Source: an uncultured virus (IMG/VR IMGVR_UViG_3300028195_000003) (lineage: Duplodnaviria; Heunggongvirae; Uroviricota; Caudoviricetes). Taken from it: a DNA stretch of 64,000 nucleotides. The notes under the pieces were generated by a model. That model saw nothing but the letters and a program-made list of their open reading frames with translations, did not search any database and was not told the origin of the DNA. Below are positions 55,617 through 64,000 of this stretch, piece after piece. How positions within the stretch are numbered: the first letter of the stretch is position 1; each line of letters starts with the position of its first letter. The position numbers and the translations under genes were made by a program. The stretch lies in IMG/VR virus record IMGVR_UViG_3300028195_000003; one strand, given 5' to 3'.

Positions 55617-56213
55617 ATGGACCGGCCAGAGTTTCCCAGAGTAAACCCCCTGACCGTCATCAACAGGATCCACGCCCTCCCATCCGCTGGGAAGCAGGTA
55701 GCCCTCAAGAGCCGGCCCGTCTGCGCCTCCTGCCGAAGAGACGCCGCCCCTCTCGGAGTGTTGCTCTACCCGGGCGTCGTCACCTGCACCGACCATCTCT
55801 GCGCCTACGTCCCCTATGGAAAGGTCTGCGAGCTCTTCCCCACGCCCTACGGCAGAGCCATGCGCAGGACCACGCTGACCATCTTCTGCCAGTCCATCGA
55901 GCTACCCTCCGGCCGCATCCTCGTACAGCGCGAGCCCATCATCGAACGTGCCGAGATCCTGGCTGACGCCTACAAGCGCCTCATCGACTGGCAGAGAGCC
56001 ATCGACACCTGGGACCGCTACGAGAACCCAGATGACTACGACGAAGGAATCGTCAACATCATCCCCCCACGCCTCCTCGAGGACGTCCTCGCTATCCGGG
56101 CCACGGAGATGCCAGAGCCGATCAGTCCCATCATGAGCATGCCAGAAGACCTTCAGCTCACCCTGCGTCGCGTCCTCGTCCGCGGCGAAGAGGCCCTCGA
56201 CGTTCCATTCTAA
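55617..56213 (+). CDS. Hypothetical protein with CxxC/CxxH and DVPF C-terminus
   Basis: CASC...CTDH; ends EEALDVPF. Confidence 0.7.
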   Translation: MDRPEFPRVNPLTVINRIHALPSAGKQVALKSRPVCASCRRDAAPLGVLLYPGVVTCTDHLCAYVPYGKVCELFPTPYGRAMRRTTLTIFCQSIELPSGRILVQREPIIERAEILADAYKRLIDWQRAIDTWDRYENPDDYDEGIVNIIPPRLLEDVLAIRATEMPEPISPIMSMPEDLQLTLRRVLVRGEEALDVPF

Positions 56214-56235
56214 GGGCGGTCCTCGACGCTCCCCC

Positions 56236-56691
56236 CTAAGAGCGGTCCTCGACCCAACGGATTGCCGAACTCAGCGTGGCCTTCCTCGGGAAATACGGAT
56301 CATCATCGGATCGCACACGACGAAGAGCCTCTTCGTGCGAGAAGCCATCGATCACCCTCAGCATCGCGTACGCGATGGAGACGGACCTCGAGAAACCCGC
56401 CTGGCAGTGAATCAGCACCGGCTTGCCATCATGCCTGGTCTTCCAGACCGCCTCCTCCACCTCGTCCAGCAGGCCGTTCGGGATGTACTCCCCGTCGTCG
56501 AAGGGGCGAGACATGAGCACATCGGCGTCCCAGGGCTTCGAGACCCCATACAGATCGACGATGAGCCCCCACTTACCAGCCGGGATGTGGCGCTGAGACT
56601 TGTAGGCGCCAACCCAGAGGCCAGGAGCGACCTCCCTCAGGTTCACCAGCTGATTGCGATGATGCCATCTGGGCCATGAACGTGTCGACAT
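56236..56691 (-). CDS. Dual-specificity protein phosphatase
   Basis: VLIHCQAGFSRS (HCx5R), PFDDG acid loop, PGLWVG. Confidence 0.92.
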   Translation of the reverse strand: MSTRSWPRWHHRNQLVNLREVAPGLWVGAYKSQRHIPAGKWGLIVDLYGVSKPWDADVLMSRPFDDGEYIPNGLLDEVEEAVWKTRHDGKPVLIHCQAGFSRSVSIAYAMLRVIDGFSHEEALRRVRSDDDPYFPRKATLSSAIRWVEDRS

Positions 56692-56713
56692 GGAATCCTC
56701 CTGTGGAGACAGC

Positions 56714-57685
56714 CTACTCACCGACCTCGTCGGACGCCACCCGCGCATGCGCCCTGCTCATCGCGCCACCCACCACCATGGCCGCCTCCCTGGTATCTCT
56801 GAACCTGCGCTCGATTCGATCCTTGATCATCCCCCGCCTCGACGCCGGTGGCTCCGCCTGCACCAGCCCGTGCTCGTCCAGCACCACCACCACGCTCTCT
56901 CCACCGCTATCGACCCTCCAGGTCATCCTCGAACAAGAGGAGGAAGGATCGGACAGGATGCTGCGCAGGCTCGAGCGAACCCATGCCGCGTGCTCGGGAC
57001 CCTCACCACCCTGTACGGCGCATCGAATCTTGCTGCCCTTGACGCGGACCTCCACCAGCACCACCCCCGCCTCCAGGACCATCTCATCACCATCACTGGA
57101 CAAGCAGACGGTCATCGAGACCCTCGACAACCCCTCCCAGCCAGGAGAGGATCCGGCCTCCCAGGCAACGGGGTCGGGCGTCACAGGTCCACAGACGGGA
57201 TAGATCATCCGACGGGCCCACTGCTCATGGCCAGCACGGTCTCCGATCCACATCCAGCCACCAGCCCTTGACAGCAAGCACTCGATAATCTTCGTGCGCG
57301 GGATGGCACGCTCCAGCAGACGCTGCTTGGCCGAATCCAGATAGGCCTGCTGTTCTGTCCTGGTGAGATCCCGCGACAGCTTTCCGTCCTCACGAGCCAT
57401 CACCGCTGCCATCGCCTGGACCGGCCTACGGCCGACAGAGCGCTCGTCCTGGCGAATCCACAGCCTGAAAATCCCAGTGCCCGCGTCCATGTATCCAAGC
57501 TCGGCACGCTCTTCATCGAGACGTCCATCGTAAGGGGGGTCCGAACGGCACAGCCCGCGACGAAGCCTCACGACCGGACCATCGTTCGACCACGCGGACC
57601 GAGAGGCCCGCTCCACGAGGGTGCCGATCTCCCCGAGCGGACGATCGAGAGAAAGAAAACGCCCACCGAGCTTGTTTGAAAACAT
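56714..57685 (-). CDS. Hypothetical protein, possibly distant RdgC-like
   Basis: IRQDER...LTRTEQQAYLDSAKQRLLERAIPRTK loosely resembles RdgC; not verified. Confidence 0.45.
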   Translation of the reverse strand: MFSNKLGGRFLSLDRPLGEIGTLVERASRSAWSNDGPVVRLRRGLCRSDPPYDGRLDEERAELGYMDAGTGIFRLWIRQDERSVGRRPVQAMAAVMAREDGKLSRDLTRTEQQAYLDSAKQRLLERAIPRTKIIECLLSRAGGWMWIGDRAGHEQWARRMIYPVCGPVTPDPVAWEAGSSPGWEGLSRVSMTVCLSSDGDEMVLEAGVVLVEVRVKGSKIRCAVQGGEGPEHAAWVRSSLRSILSDPSSSCSRMTWRVDSGGESVVVVLDEHGLVQAEPPASRRGMIKDRIERRFRDTREAAMVVGGAMSRAHARVASDEVGE

Positions 57686-57759
57686 GAAAGCTGCTCCACT
57701 CGTGGTATCGTGGTATAGGAGAACACCAGCAACGGGTTCGTAACGTATACAGAATGAAC

Positions 57760-57788
57760 TTGCTACCCCGAGTGGAACCCCTTACGTT
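57760..57788 (+). promoter_or_regulatory. Promoter with operator motif upstream of XRE regulator
   Basis: TTGCTA-17-TACGTT with CTAC-N5-GTGG. Confidence 0.65.
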
Positions 57789-57808
57789 CCAGCCAGGAGG
57801 TATTAATC

Positions 57809-58093
57809 GTGAACAGCGCCACCACCGAAGCCATCACCGCCGCCACAGAAGAGAAGCCACCGAGTGTCCTACGCAGGATGAGAGAGTCCTTCGTGCACGA
57901 CAAAGGTGTAGGGATCAGCCAGCAGAGAGCGGCCGACCTCTGCAACGTCTCCAGACAGACGTGGGCGGCCTGGGAGGCCAAGACCCGGCCTATCAACCTC
58001 GAGCAGCTCAACGACATCAAGCAGGCCCTGAGCCTCGATGATGAGCAGGTCCTCGAGATCGTCCAGTGGGCCGAAGGCGACCCCTGCAGCTAG
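57809..58093 (+). CDS. XRE/Cro-like helix-turn-helix regulator
   Basis: LRRMRE...ISQQRAADLCNVSRQTWAAWEAKTRPI; AGGAGG RBS. Confidence 0.88.
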   Translation: MNSATTEAITAATEEKPPSVLRRMRESFVHDKGVGISQQRAADLCNVSRQTWAAWEAKTRPINLEQLNDIKQALSLDDEQVLEIVQWAEGDPCS

Positions 58094-58338
58094 CCGCGCT
58101 TCTTCTTGGATAGGGCGTCGACACCGGCCCAGGCCACCCTGGCGAGCGCATCGACAGGATCTGCCCTGGTCTGATCGACCGCGTCTCTCAGCTGCGCAAG
58201 CGCCCCGGGTCCCAGCCGACCGACGAGCCCCGACGCCACGCGGAGAGCCTTGGACGGCCCAGTCATGAGGATGGCCTCCACGATGTCCTCGTCACTCGCA
58301 TCCCTCATCCACGACACCGTCTTGCTGTCCATCACCAC
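58090..58338 (-). CDS. Hypothetical protein
   Basis: 82 aa, coupled to the upstream gene. Confidence 0.55.
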   Translation of the reverse strand: MVMDSKTVSWMRDASDEDIVEAILMTGPSKALRVASGLVGRLGPGALAQLRDAVDQTRADPVDALARVAWAGVDALSKKKRG

Positions 58339-58778
58339 CTCCCTGCTGTCGGAACGAGAATCCTGCGACCCCCCGGACCGATCACGACCCGACCACCGGA
58401 GAGTCCGAGAACCTCCCGTAGCCGCTTGACCTTGTCACGGTCCATGACCGGCATGTCGTCGACACCCTCGATGTCGACATCCGAAAAAGCGCCCCGAGGA
58501 CGACTCTCACGAGGCGCCTTGGATCCCTCGGTCTTGCCGCTCTTCTTCTTGGGCGGACCCTCCCAGCGCCAGGCCTCGTGCCTGGAGACGTAGTCCAGCA
58601 ACATCAACGTCACCGCACCGAGATCCTCCCTCGACGGGTTCCTGTCCTTGGCGAGACAGTCGGCCACGCGCTCGGAAGACTCCCGGAATCCCTCAGCGGG
58701 ACATCCAGCACCGATGCGACGCAGTAGGCTGGTGAAACGACGAATCCTCGCATCACGATCATCGGTGGTTATGCTCAA
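58332..58778 (-). CDS. Hypothetical protein
   Basis: 148 aa, GGAGG upstream. Confidence 0.6.
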   Translation of the reverse strand: MSITTDDRDARIRRFTSLLRRIGAGCPAEGFRESSERVADCLAKDRNPSREDLGAVTLMLLDYVSRHEAWRWEGPPKKKSGKTEGSKAPRESRPRGAFSDVDIEGVDDMPVMDRDKVKRLREVLGLSGGRVVIGPGGRRILVPTAGRW

Positions 58779-58855
58779 GGAGACCCTCCGGTCGCGGTCA
58801 TGACCAAAACAGGGTAAGAGTATAACACCTTAGACCCTCCACCAGGAAGGACATC

Positions 58856-59533
58856 ATGGGAAGCCGACAGAGATACATGAAGAAGCAGTCCAAGGCCAAC
58901 GAGCTCATGAACGTCAAGCTGAACTCGATCTTGCGAGACATTGGTGAGATCCTCGACGAGCTCGGGCTTCCACACGATCCTGTATCCATCGTTCATTCCA
59001 TCAGAATCCTCGCGGACACGGTCCTCGAGACGGGGGGTCAGCCTGCCACCGCACGGCCAACCGGCCCGAAAACTCCCACTCATCAGCCGGCGAGTCTCGG
59101 ATCCGTCATGACACCCGCTTCGCCCGACAGCGGCGCGAGCCTGGTCGACGACATCGACTTCGGAATCGATGACGAGATCAGCCTCCCACCGGAAGAGCTC
59201 GACGACCCGAGCCTCTGGGAGCTCGACGACGTCGAGGTGGGTGCAACACCCCAGAGCGGACCACAGGGAGCGCCACAGATCCAACCAGAGGCTGCACCCG
59301 CGCAGGCGACTGCAGGCTTCGATCCGAAGAGCGCCATGGCCAAGCTCCAGGCCAAGCTGGACCACGCCCAAGAACACGGCATCAAGCGGGGCGCGCCCGG
59401 CATGGGTGGATCCTCGAACTTTCCCACCCAAGGCACAGTCGAGAGGACCCCCATCGAAGACCAGCGCGCCATCATGGAGAAGCTGACCGGGAGAGCGCAG
59501 GAAGCACCGCCCGCGGGCAGGTTCAAGCCGTAG
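58856..59533 (+). CDS. Hypothetical low-complexity protein
   Basis: 225 aa, AGGAAGG RBS, upstream TATAAC. Confidence 0.7.
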   Translation: MGSRQRYMKKQSKANELMNVKLNSILRDIGEILDELGLPHDPVSIVHSIRILADTVLETGGQPATARPTGPKTPTHQPASLGSVMTPASPDSGASLVDDIDFGIDDEISLPPEELDDPSLWELDDVEVGATPQSGPQGAPQIQPEAAPAQATAGFDPKSAMAKLQAKLDHAQEHGIKRGAPGMGGSSNFPTQGTVERTPIEDQRAIMEKLTGRAQEAPPAGRFKP

Positions 59534-59550
59534 ACGGCCCGAAGGGTCGG

Positions 59551-60513
59551 TCAGATCGGACGCAGGCGCCACACGACCGTGGTCTGCGCAGCGATCAGGC
59601 TGAACTGAGAACCAGCCACCTGGTACATGGCGAACGACAAGGGTGCCGCCTCGAACGCCGTCTTGGCAAACAACGGGTTGATCCAGGTCACGTTGCCGAT
59701 ACCGGCGTCGCCCCAGGCCACCTGGAACGCGCCCTCTGGCACGTCGAAGATCGTCGCTGCGGGCGCGATCGGGTTGTTGAGCACCTGCGGCAGATAGAGG
59801 CTCTGGTCACCAGCCTGCACGCCGGAGATCTCCCAGGCCCACTCGATCCTGTCAATCCCCGGGTTCTGTGACTGGATGATCTCGACACGCACCACCGAGT
59901 AACCATCGAGCAAGAACGACCCGGTGAACCCGCCACCGACGAAGAACTCACGGCTGGTCTCCGCTCCGCCGCCTGCTCCAGCGGTGATCCTCAGCTGGAT
60001 GGAGCTTGTCCCGTTTCCGGACGTGTCCGGGCAACGAATCATCAGGAACGGTCGCTCTGGGGTCGGGCGGATCGTCATGCTCCCCTGCTGAAGCCTGCCA
60101 GACTGCCACCTGTTCTTTTCGGCCCTGGCGAGCTCTTCGGAATACCCTGGCCCACGAACACCACCATCTGTGAAGCCAGCCTGACCCCTGGCGTCCCACG
60201 GCTGCCTGTCATGTCCTGTCAGGCGACCGTAGGTCCCCATCTGGGTCGTGCGCCAACCTCTGACGTCAGGGGCCCTGTACAGCGCGTCCGATCCGACACG
60301 GACACCGGCAGAGAGCGTGCGCTGAGTAGCGAGCCTATGCGCCTCTGCTGCCGCTCTTGCTGCGTACGGATCAGCGAGCCTGCGACCGACCTGGGCATAC
60401 TGCTGCGCCAGATCCTCGCTCGGGTCCGTCACCTGACCGCTGGCCCTGAGCGCGAGCTGCTCACGGCTCGAAAAGTCACGATGAACCCTTGGATATCGTC
60501 TGTCGGATCCCAT
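59551..60513 (-). CDS. Tandem paralog 3 of 3 (putative structural protein)
   Basis: Start MGSDRR coupled by TGATG; shares DPYAARAA, GWR.TQMG, QPWDAR, NRWQSG, FLLDGY, QAGDQ; ends WRLRPI. Confidence 0.8.
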   Translation of the reverse strand: MGSDRRYPRVHRDFSSREQLALRASGQVTDPSEDLAQQYAQVGRRLADPYAARAAAEAHRLATQRTLSAGVRVGSDALYRAPDVRGWRTTQMGTYGRLTGHDRQPWDARGQAGFTDGGVRGPGYSEELARAEKNRWQSGRLQQGSMTIRPTPERPFLMIRCPDTSGNGTSSIQLRITAGAGGGAETSREFFVGGGFTGSFLLDGYSVVRVEIIQSQNPGIDRIEWAWEISGVQAGDQSLYLPQVLNNPIAPAATIFDVPEGAFQVAWGDAGIGNVTWINPLFAKTAFEAAPLSFAMYQVAGSQFSLIAAQTTVVWRLRPI

Positions 60514-61598
60514 CAGATCGAACGAAGCCTCCACAGAACCGAGACCTGGGCAGCGTTGTTGAGCTGGTACTGCGACCCCATCGTCGGGAAGTTGATGAAC
60601 ACACCGGGGGCGCCTGGCGCCAAGAAGTCCGCTCCGTTGACGGGGTTGAGCCACGACAGGGTCGCCGGAGCGTCGCCCCAGACCACCTCGAAGGCTCCCT
60701 CGGGGACGTCGTAGACGGTCATGACGCCACCAGGAGTCAGCACCTGAGGAAGATAGAGGCTCTGATCACCGGCCTGCACGCCGGAGACCTCCCAGGCCCA
60801 CTCGATCCTGTCGACGCCTGGGTTCTGGACCTGCAGCAGCTGAACCTTGACGGTCTGGTATCCGTCGAGCAAGAACGCCGCCGTGAAACCACCGCCAAGG
60901 AAGAACTCCCTGCTGAACTCAGCGCCACCAGGAGATCCTGCGGTGAGCCTGATGCTGACCGAGCTGGTCCCGTCGCCAGCGGTGTCCGGGCAGCGGATCA
61001 TCAAGTACGGACGCTCTTGGCTCGGGTACAGGGTCATCGTGCCCTGCTCGAGCCTTCCAGACTGCCAGCGGTTGCGTTCGGCTCGATGAAGCTCTTCGGC
61101 GAACCCAGGCGGCCTGGCTCCTGTCTCGAGGAACCCAGCCTGCTGACGAGCGTCCCAGGGCTGACTGTCATAGCCGGGCATCGTCCCCACCGTCCCCATC
61201 TGCGTCGTACGCCAGCCACGCACGCTCGCCGCAGGATAGGCGGGCCCGTCCGATCTCACGTCCATCCCCGCATGCAGGGTCCTGTAGCGACTGGCCTCGA
61301 TGGCCTCCGCTGCCGCTCTGGCCGCATACGGATCGACGATCCTGCGCCCAACCTGCTCATACTCGGTGTACTGGTCCTCGCTCGAGTCCATCACCTGGCC
61401 GCTGGACCGAAGCGACAGCTGAGCCTGGCTGGTGAAGCTGCGCTGAACCGTCGCGCCGCGATCGACGCCTTGCCCGGGCTGAGGCTGGCCACGCTGGACC
61501 CCTTGCCTGGACTCCCTCTGCCGACCGCTCTGGCGGTTCTTGCCGCCACGCCTGGTCGTTGCCGCCATCGTCCCGGAGTATCGGTCCATGTAGCCCAT
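60513..61598 (-). CDS. Tandem paralog 2 of 3
   Basis: Same conserved blocks; ends WRLRSI. Confidence 0.85.
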   Translation of the reverse strand: MGYMDRYSGTMAATTRRGGKNRQSGRQRESRQGVQRGQPQPGQGVDRGATVQRSFTSQAQLSLRSSGQVMDSSEDQYTEYEQVGRRIVDPYAARAAAEAIEASRYRTLHAGMDVRSDGPAYPAASVRGWRTTQMGTVGTMPGYDSQPWDARQQAGFLETGARPPGFAEELHRAERNRWQSGRLEQGTMTLYPSQERPYLMIRCPDTAGDGTSSVSIRLTAGSPGGAEFSREFFLGGGFTAAFLLDGYQTVKVQLLQVQNPGVDRIEWAWEVSGVQAGDQSLYLPQVLTPGGVMTVYDVPEGAFEVVWGDAPATLSWLNPVNGADFLAPGAPGVFINFPTMGSQYQLNNAAQVSVLWRLRSI

Positions 61599-61607
61599 GA
61601 TGATCTC

Positions 61608-62633
61608 CTAAATGGGTCTGATGAACCACATAACGGTCACCGTGTTGTTCATCGCGAACTGCGAGCCCTGAACGGGGTACCGAATCCAAGGAATGGAGGC
61701 AACGGCGACCATGTCGACGCCGATCAGCGGGTTGATCCACCTGATACCGCCCGCAGCAGCAGTGCTCGTTGGTGACACGCTCCACACCACGTCGTAGGCC
61801 CCCTCCGGTACGTTGAAGATCTGATCATTGACATTGTCACCGACGTAGGTCTGGGCGAAGTACAGCTGCTGATCACCAGCCTGAAGCCCCGTGACCTCCC
61901 AAGCCCACTGCAGCACGTCTGTCAGGTTGGTCTTGGAGAGAATCTCCACACGGACGGTCTGGTACCCGTCCAACAAGAAGCTGGCGGTGTAACCGCCACC
62001 AAGGAAGAAGGTGCGCTGGGTCTCTGCGCCACCAGGAGATCCGGCCGTCAAGCGGACGATGAGCTCGCTGTTCCCGTTGTTCGGAAAAGCGCGCAGGCTC
62101 AGGTATGGACGCTCCGCAGACGGATGCAGGGTCATGCTCTCCGTCGCCAGACCTGCCCCAAGGGTTCCAGACTGCCAGCGGTTCTTCTCCGCCCTGTCGA
62201 GCTCTTCGACGAACCCGGGGGCCCGAGAACCCGTCTCGAGGAAGCCCGCCTGCTGACGAGCATCCCAGGGCTGCCGATCGTAGCCTGTCAGCTGACCGGA
62301 TGTTCCCATCTGGGTCATGCGCCAGCCGCGCACACTCGGAGCCGGGTAGACCGTAGCGTCCGATCGGACGTCCATACCGGCATGAACAGTCCTGTACTTG
62401 GCAGCCCTCATCGACTCCTCTGCGGCCCGTGCCGCATAGGGATCGAAGATGCGCCGCCCAACCTGGCGGAACTCCCTCTCCAGATCCTCGTTGGCGTCCA
62501 CCACCTGGCCGCTCTCCCTGAGTGCCAGCTGCTCTTGACTGGTGAAGTCGCGCTGGACCTGCGGACTACGCGGACCCTTGGTCTTGGATGGATAGGGCTG
62601 CCAGCCGCCAGCGCTCGTGCGTCTCCTGCTCAT
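61608..62633 (-). CDS. Tandem paralog 1 of 3
   Basis: Same conserved blocks; ends WFIRPI; AGGAGG RBS. Confidence 0.85.
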   Translation of the reverse strand: MSRRRTSAGGWQPYPSKTKGPRSPQVQRDFTSQEQLALRESGQVVDANEDLEREFRQVGRRIFDPYAARAAEESMRAAKYRTVHAGMDVRSDATVYPAPSVRGWRMTQMGTSGQLTGYDRQPWDARQQAGFLETGSRAPGFVEELDRAEKNRWQSGTLGAGLATESMTLHPSAERPYLSLRAFPNNGNSELIVRLTAGSPGGAETQRTFFLGGGYTASFLLDGYQTVRVEILSKTNLTDVLQWAWEVTGLQAGDQQLYFAQTYVGDNVNDQIFNVPEGAYDVVWSVSPTSTAAAGGIRWINPLIGVDMVAVASIPWIRYPVQGSQFAMNNTVTVMWFIRPI

Positions 62634-62711
62634 GCTGCAGCCTCCTGTCCTGGAATGGCCGGCTCATCGTGTTCACCAGTGACATCGACAAGGCGTGACC
62701 TCGTCTTCATC

Positions 62712-63038
62712 CTACCTGGACAACGCGACAGCAGCCACTCCCAGGCCGGCCAGGACGATGGCCGTGAGGTTGTCGCCCTTGAACCACAGCCCCTCGGCCC
62801 CGACACCGACCTCGACGGAGTCGTCGTTGTAGCCCTCGGCACCGAAGGCGGGCTTCGTTCCCCGGAAGCCGGTGCTCCCGGACCTGGGCTCCATCAGACG
62901 CTCGTCGGTGGAGTCCATGTTGGGAACGAGCCCATAGGGCCTGGTCTGGTAGAGGTAGCCAAACTCATCGTCGGCCTCGAAGGGTGCGAGTCCTTCGAAC
63001 CCTTCACCGCAGCCGCAGCAGCTCTTGTCACGCGCCAT
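62712..63038 (-). CDS. Small tail-anchored protein
   Basis: MARDKSCCGC...; ends AIVLAGLGVAAVALSR. Confidence 0.7.
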   Translation of the reverse strand: MARDKSCCGCGEGFEGLAPFEADDEFGYLYQTRPYGLVPNMDSTDERLMEPRSGSTGFRGTKPAFGAEGYNDDSVEVGVGAEGLWFKGDNLTAIVLAGLGVAAVALSR

Positions 63039-63040
63039 GT

Positions 63041-63337
63041 CTACCTCCTGCGGCGGCGCTTCTTTCCGCCCGCCGGCGAGATTTTCTTCAGGTCTTTCAT
63101 CTTGAAGTGTCGTACAACAGCATAGCTGCTACCGAAGACCGCGCCAAGCAGCGCGGCCGTCATGAGCAGCTCCCCGGTCTGCACCCGGGCCCGCTCACCA
63201 CGCTCTACTTCGAGCTGGTGAGCGAGTACCTCGACCGCTTCACGGGACGTCAGGTCTCGCAGCTGTGCCTCCCGGCCCCGGGAGGTTCCCATGACCGGCG
63301 CCCTGTGGGCTCCAGGTGCCGGTCGCTGCGAACTCAT
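63041..63337 (-). CDS. Small membrane protein with basic tail
   Basis: LLMTAALLGAVFGSSYAVV then KKRRRR. Confidence 0.65.
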   Translation of the reverse strand: MSSQRPAPGAHRAPVMGTSRGREAQLRDLTSREAVEVLAHQLEVERGERARVQTGELLMTAALLGAVFGSSYAVVRHFKMKDLKKISPAGGKKRRRRR

Positions 63338-63364
63338 GAATGCTCCGTGTTCGGCGCCCTCCGG

Positions 63365-64000
63365 CTACCTGCCCTTCAGCAGGGCCACGATGGTCATGGC
63401 AGCCGAGCCGACCCCGATGATGGCGGGGACGGTGGGCAGCTTCCAGCCTTCGGCCGCGGGGGGCGCGATGGCGTCCGGCGCGTACTCCTGGGCGGGAGGC
63501 GCGTCGAAGGGGCCCATGCCTCCCTCTGCGGGGAGCGTGGCGGGGGCCGGGGCGGGGGCGGTGGTGAAGCGGTCGTTGACATAGAACAGACCACTGTTCC
63601 AGCCCTCGGTGATGGCTTCGGCCAGACCGTCGTAGGCGTCGATGAACTCCACCATGGAGAACGTCGCGCTCCTGATCTGATCCGCGGTCCAGCTCTGGGC
63701 CGCCTGCAGGTAGCCATCCGCCGTCTCGCCGATGACGGCACGGATGATGCCATCGAACCAGTCATCGGGCTCGGGCGCGGCGATCTCGGAGACCTGACGA
63801 CCCACGACAGCCAGTGCGCCGGCGATGGAGTTCCGCAGGCAGTAGAGGTAGGCCGTCGCGTTGATCGCCTGCTCGTTGCTGGCAGGGTTGAAGCCCTGGA
63901 CAGCGTCGACGAAGTCGCTCGACATGGCCTTGATCATCTCCAGAGAGTTCTTCTTGGAGGCGGCCCAGGCCACAGCCAGCTTGGCTACGGTACCAGGGGT
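63365..64000 (-). CDS. Tail-anchored protein with Pro/Ala linker (5'-truncated by window edge)
   Basis: Frame is open to 64000; ends VPAIIGVGSAAMTIVALLKGR. Confidence 0.75.
   Translation of the reverse strand, partial: TPGTVAKLAVAWAASKKNSLEMIKAMSSDFVDAVQGFNPASNEQAINATAYLYCLRNSIAGALAVVGRQVSEIAAPEPDDWFDGIIRAVIGETADGYLQAAQSWTADQIRSATFSMVEFIDAYDGLAEAITEGWNSGLFYVNDRFTTAPAPAPATLPAEGGMGPFDAPPAQEYAPDAIAPPAAEGWKLPTVPAIIGVGSAAMTIVALLKGR

Noticed and set aside
59551..62633. Diversity-generating retroelement acting on the paralogs
   Set aside because: No reverse transcriptase or adenine-specific TR/VR pair is visible.
1..64000. Stop-codon reassignment
   Set aside because: Long genes are intact in the standard code, all three stops are used, and no suppressor tRNA is present.

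Overview
GC-rich window that most likely comes from a large bacteriophage or prophage-like element. It has many compact hypothetical genes, a DnaE polymerase, Dda-like helicase, family-4 UDG, RusA-like resolvase, ArdC, an orphan N6-adenine methyltransferase, peptidoglycan hydrolases and at least five PcfJ-like paralogs. No rRNA or housekeeping operons are seen. The main discovery is the minus-strand tRNA operon at 8.2-10.55 kb. A sigma70-type promoter drives a 30-codon leader ORF absent from the ORF track. Its 13 consecutive central codons are each the exact cognate of a tRNA in the downstream array (Ser, Leu, Phe, Cys, Trp, Tyr). The leader sits in a complete 1:2 / 2:3 / 3:4 attenuator followed by a boxA-like site, which suggests a sensor that switches on replacement tRNAs when those tRNAs are depleted. 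The same array holds a circularly permuted tRNA-like gene clamped by a long helix, a duplicated Ser-hairpin-Ser cassette and an HNH gene whose RBS is hidden in a hairpin. Elsewhere, about 14 promoters share a palindromic YAC-N5-GTR operator-like motif. All protein calls come from motif recognition by eye, not database searches, and novelty statements are from memory only.
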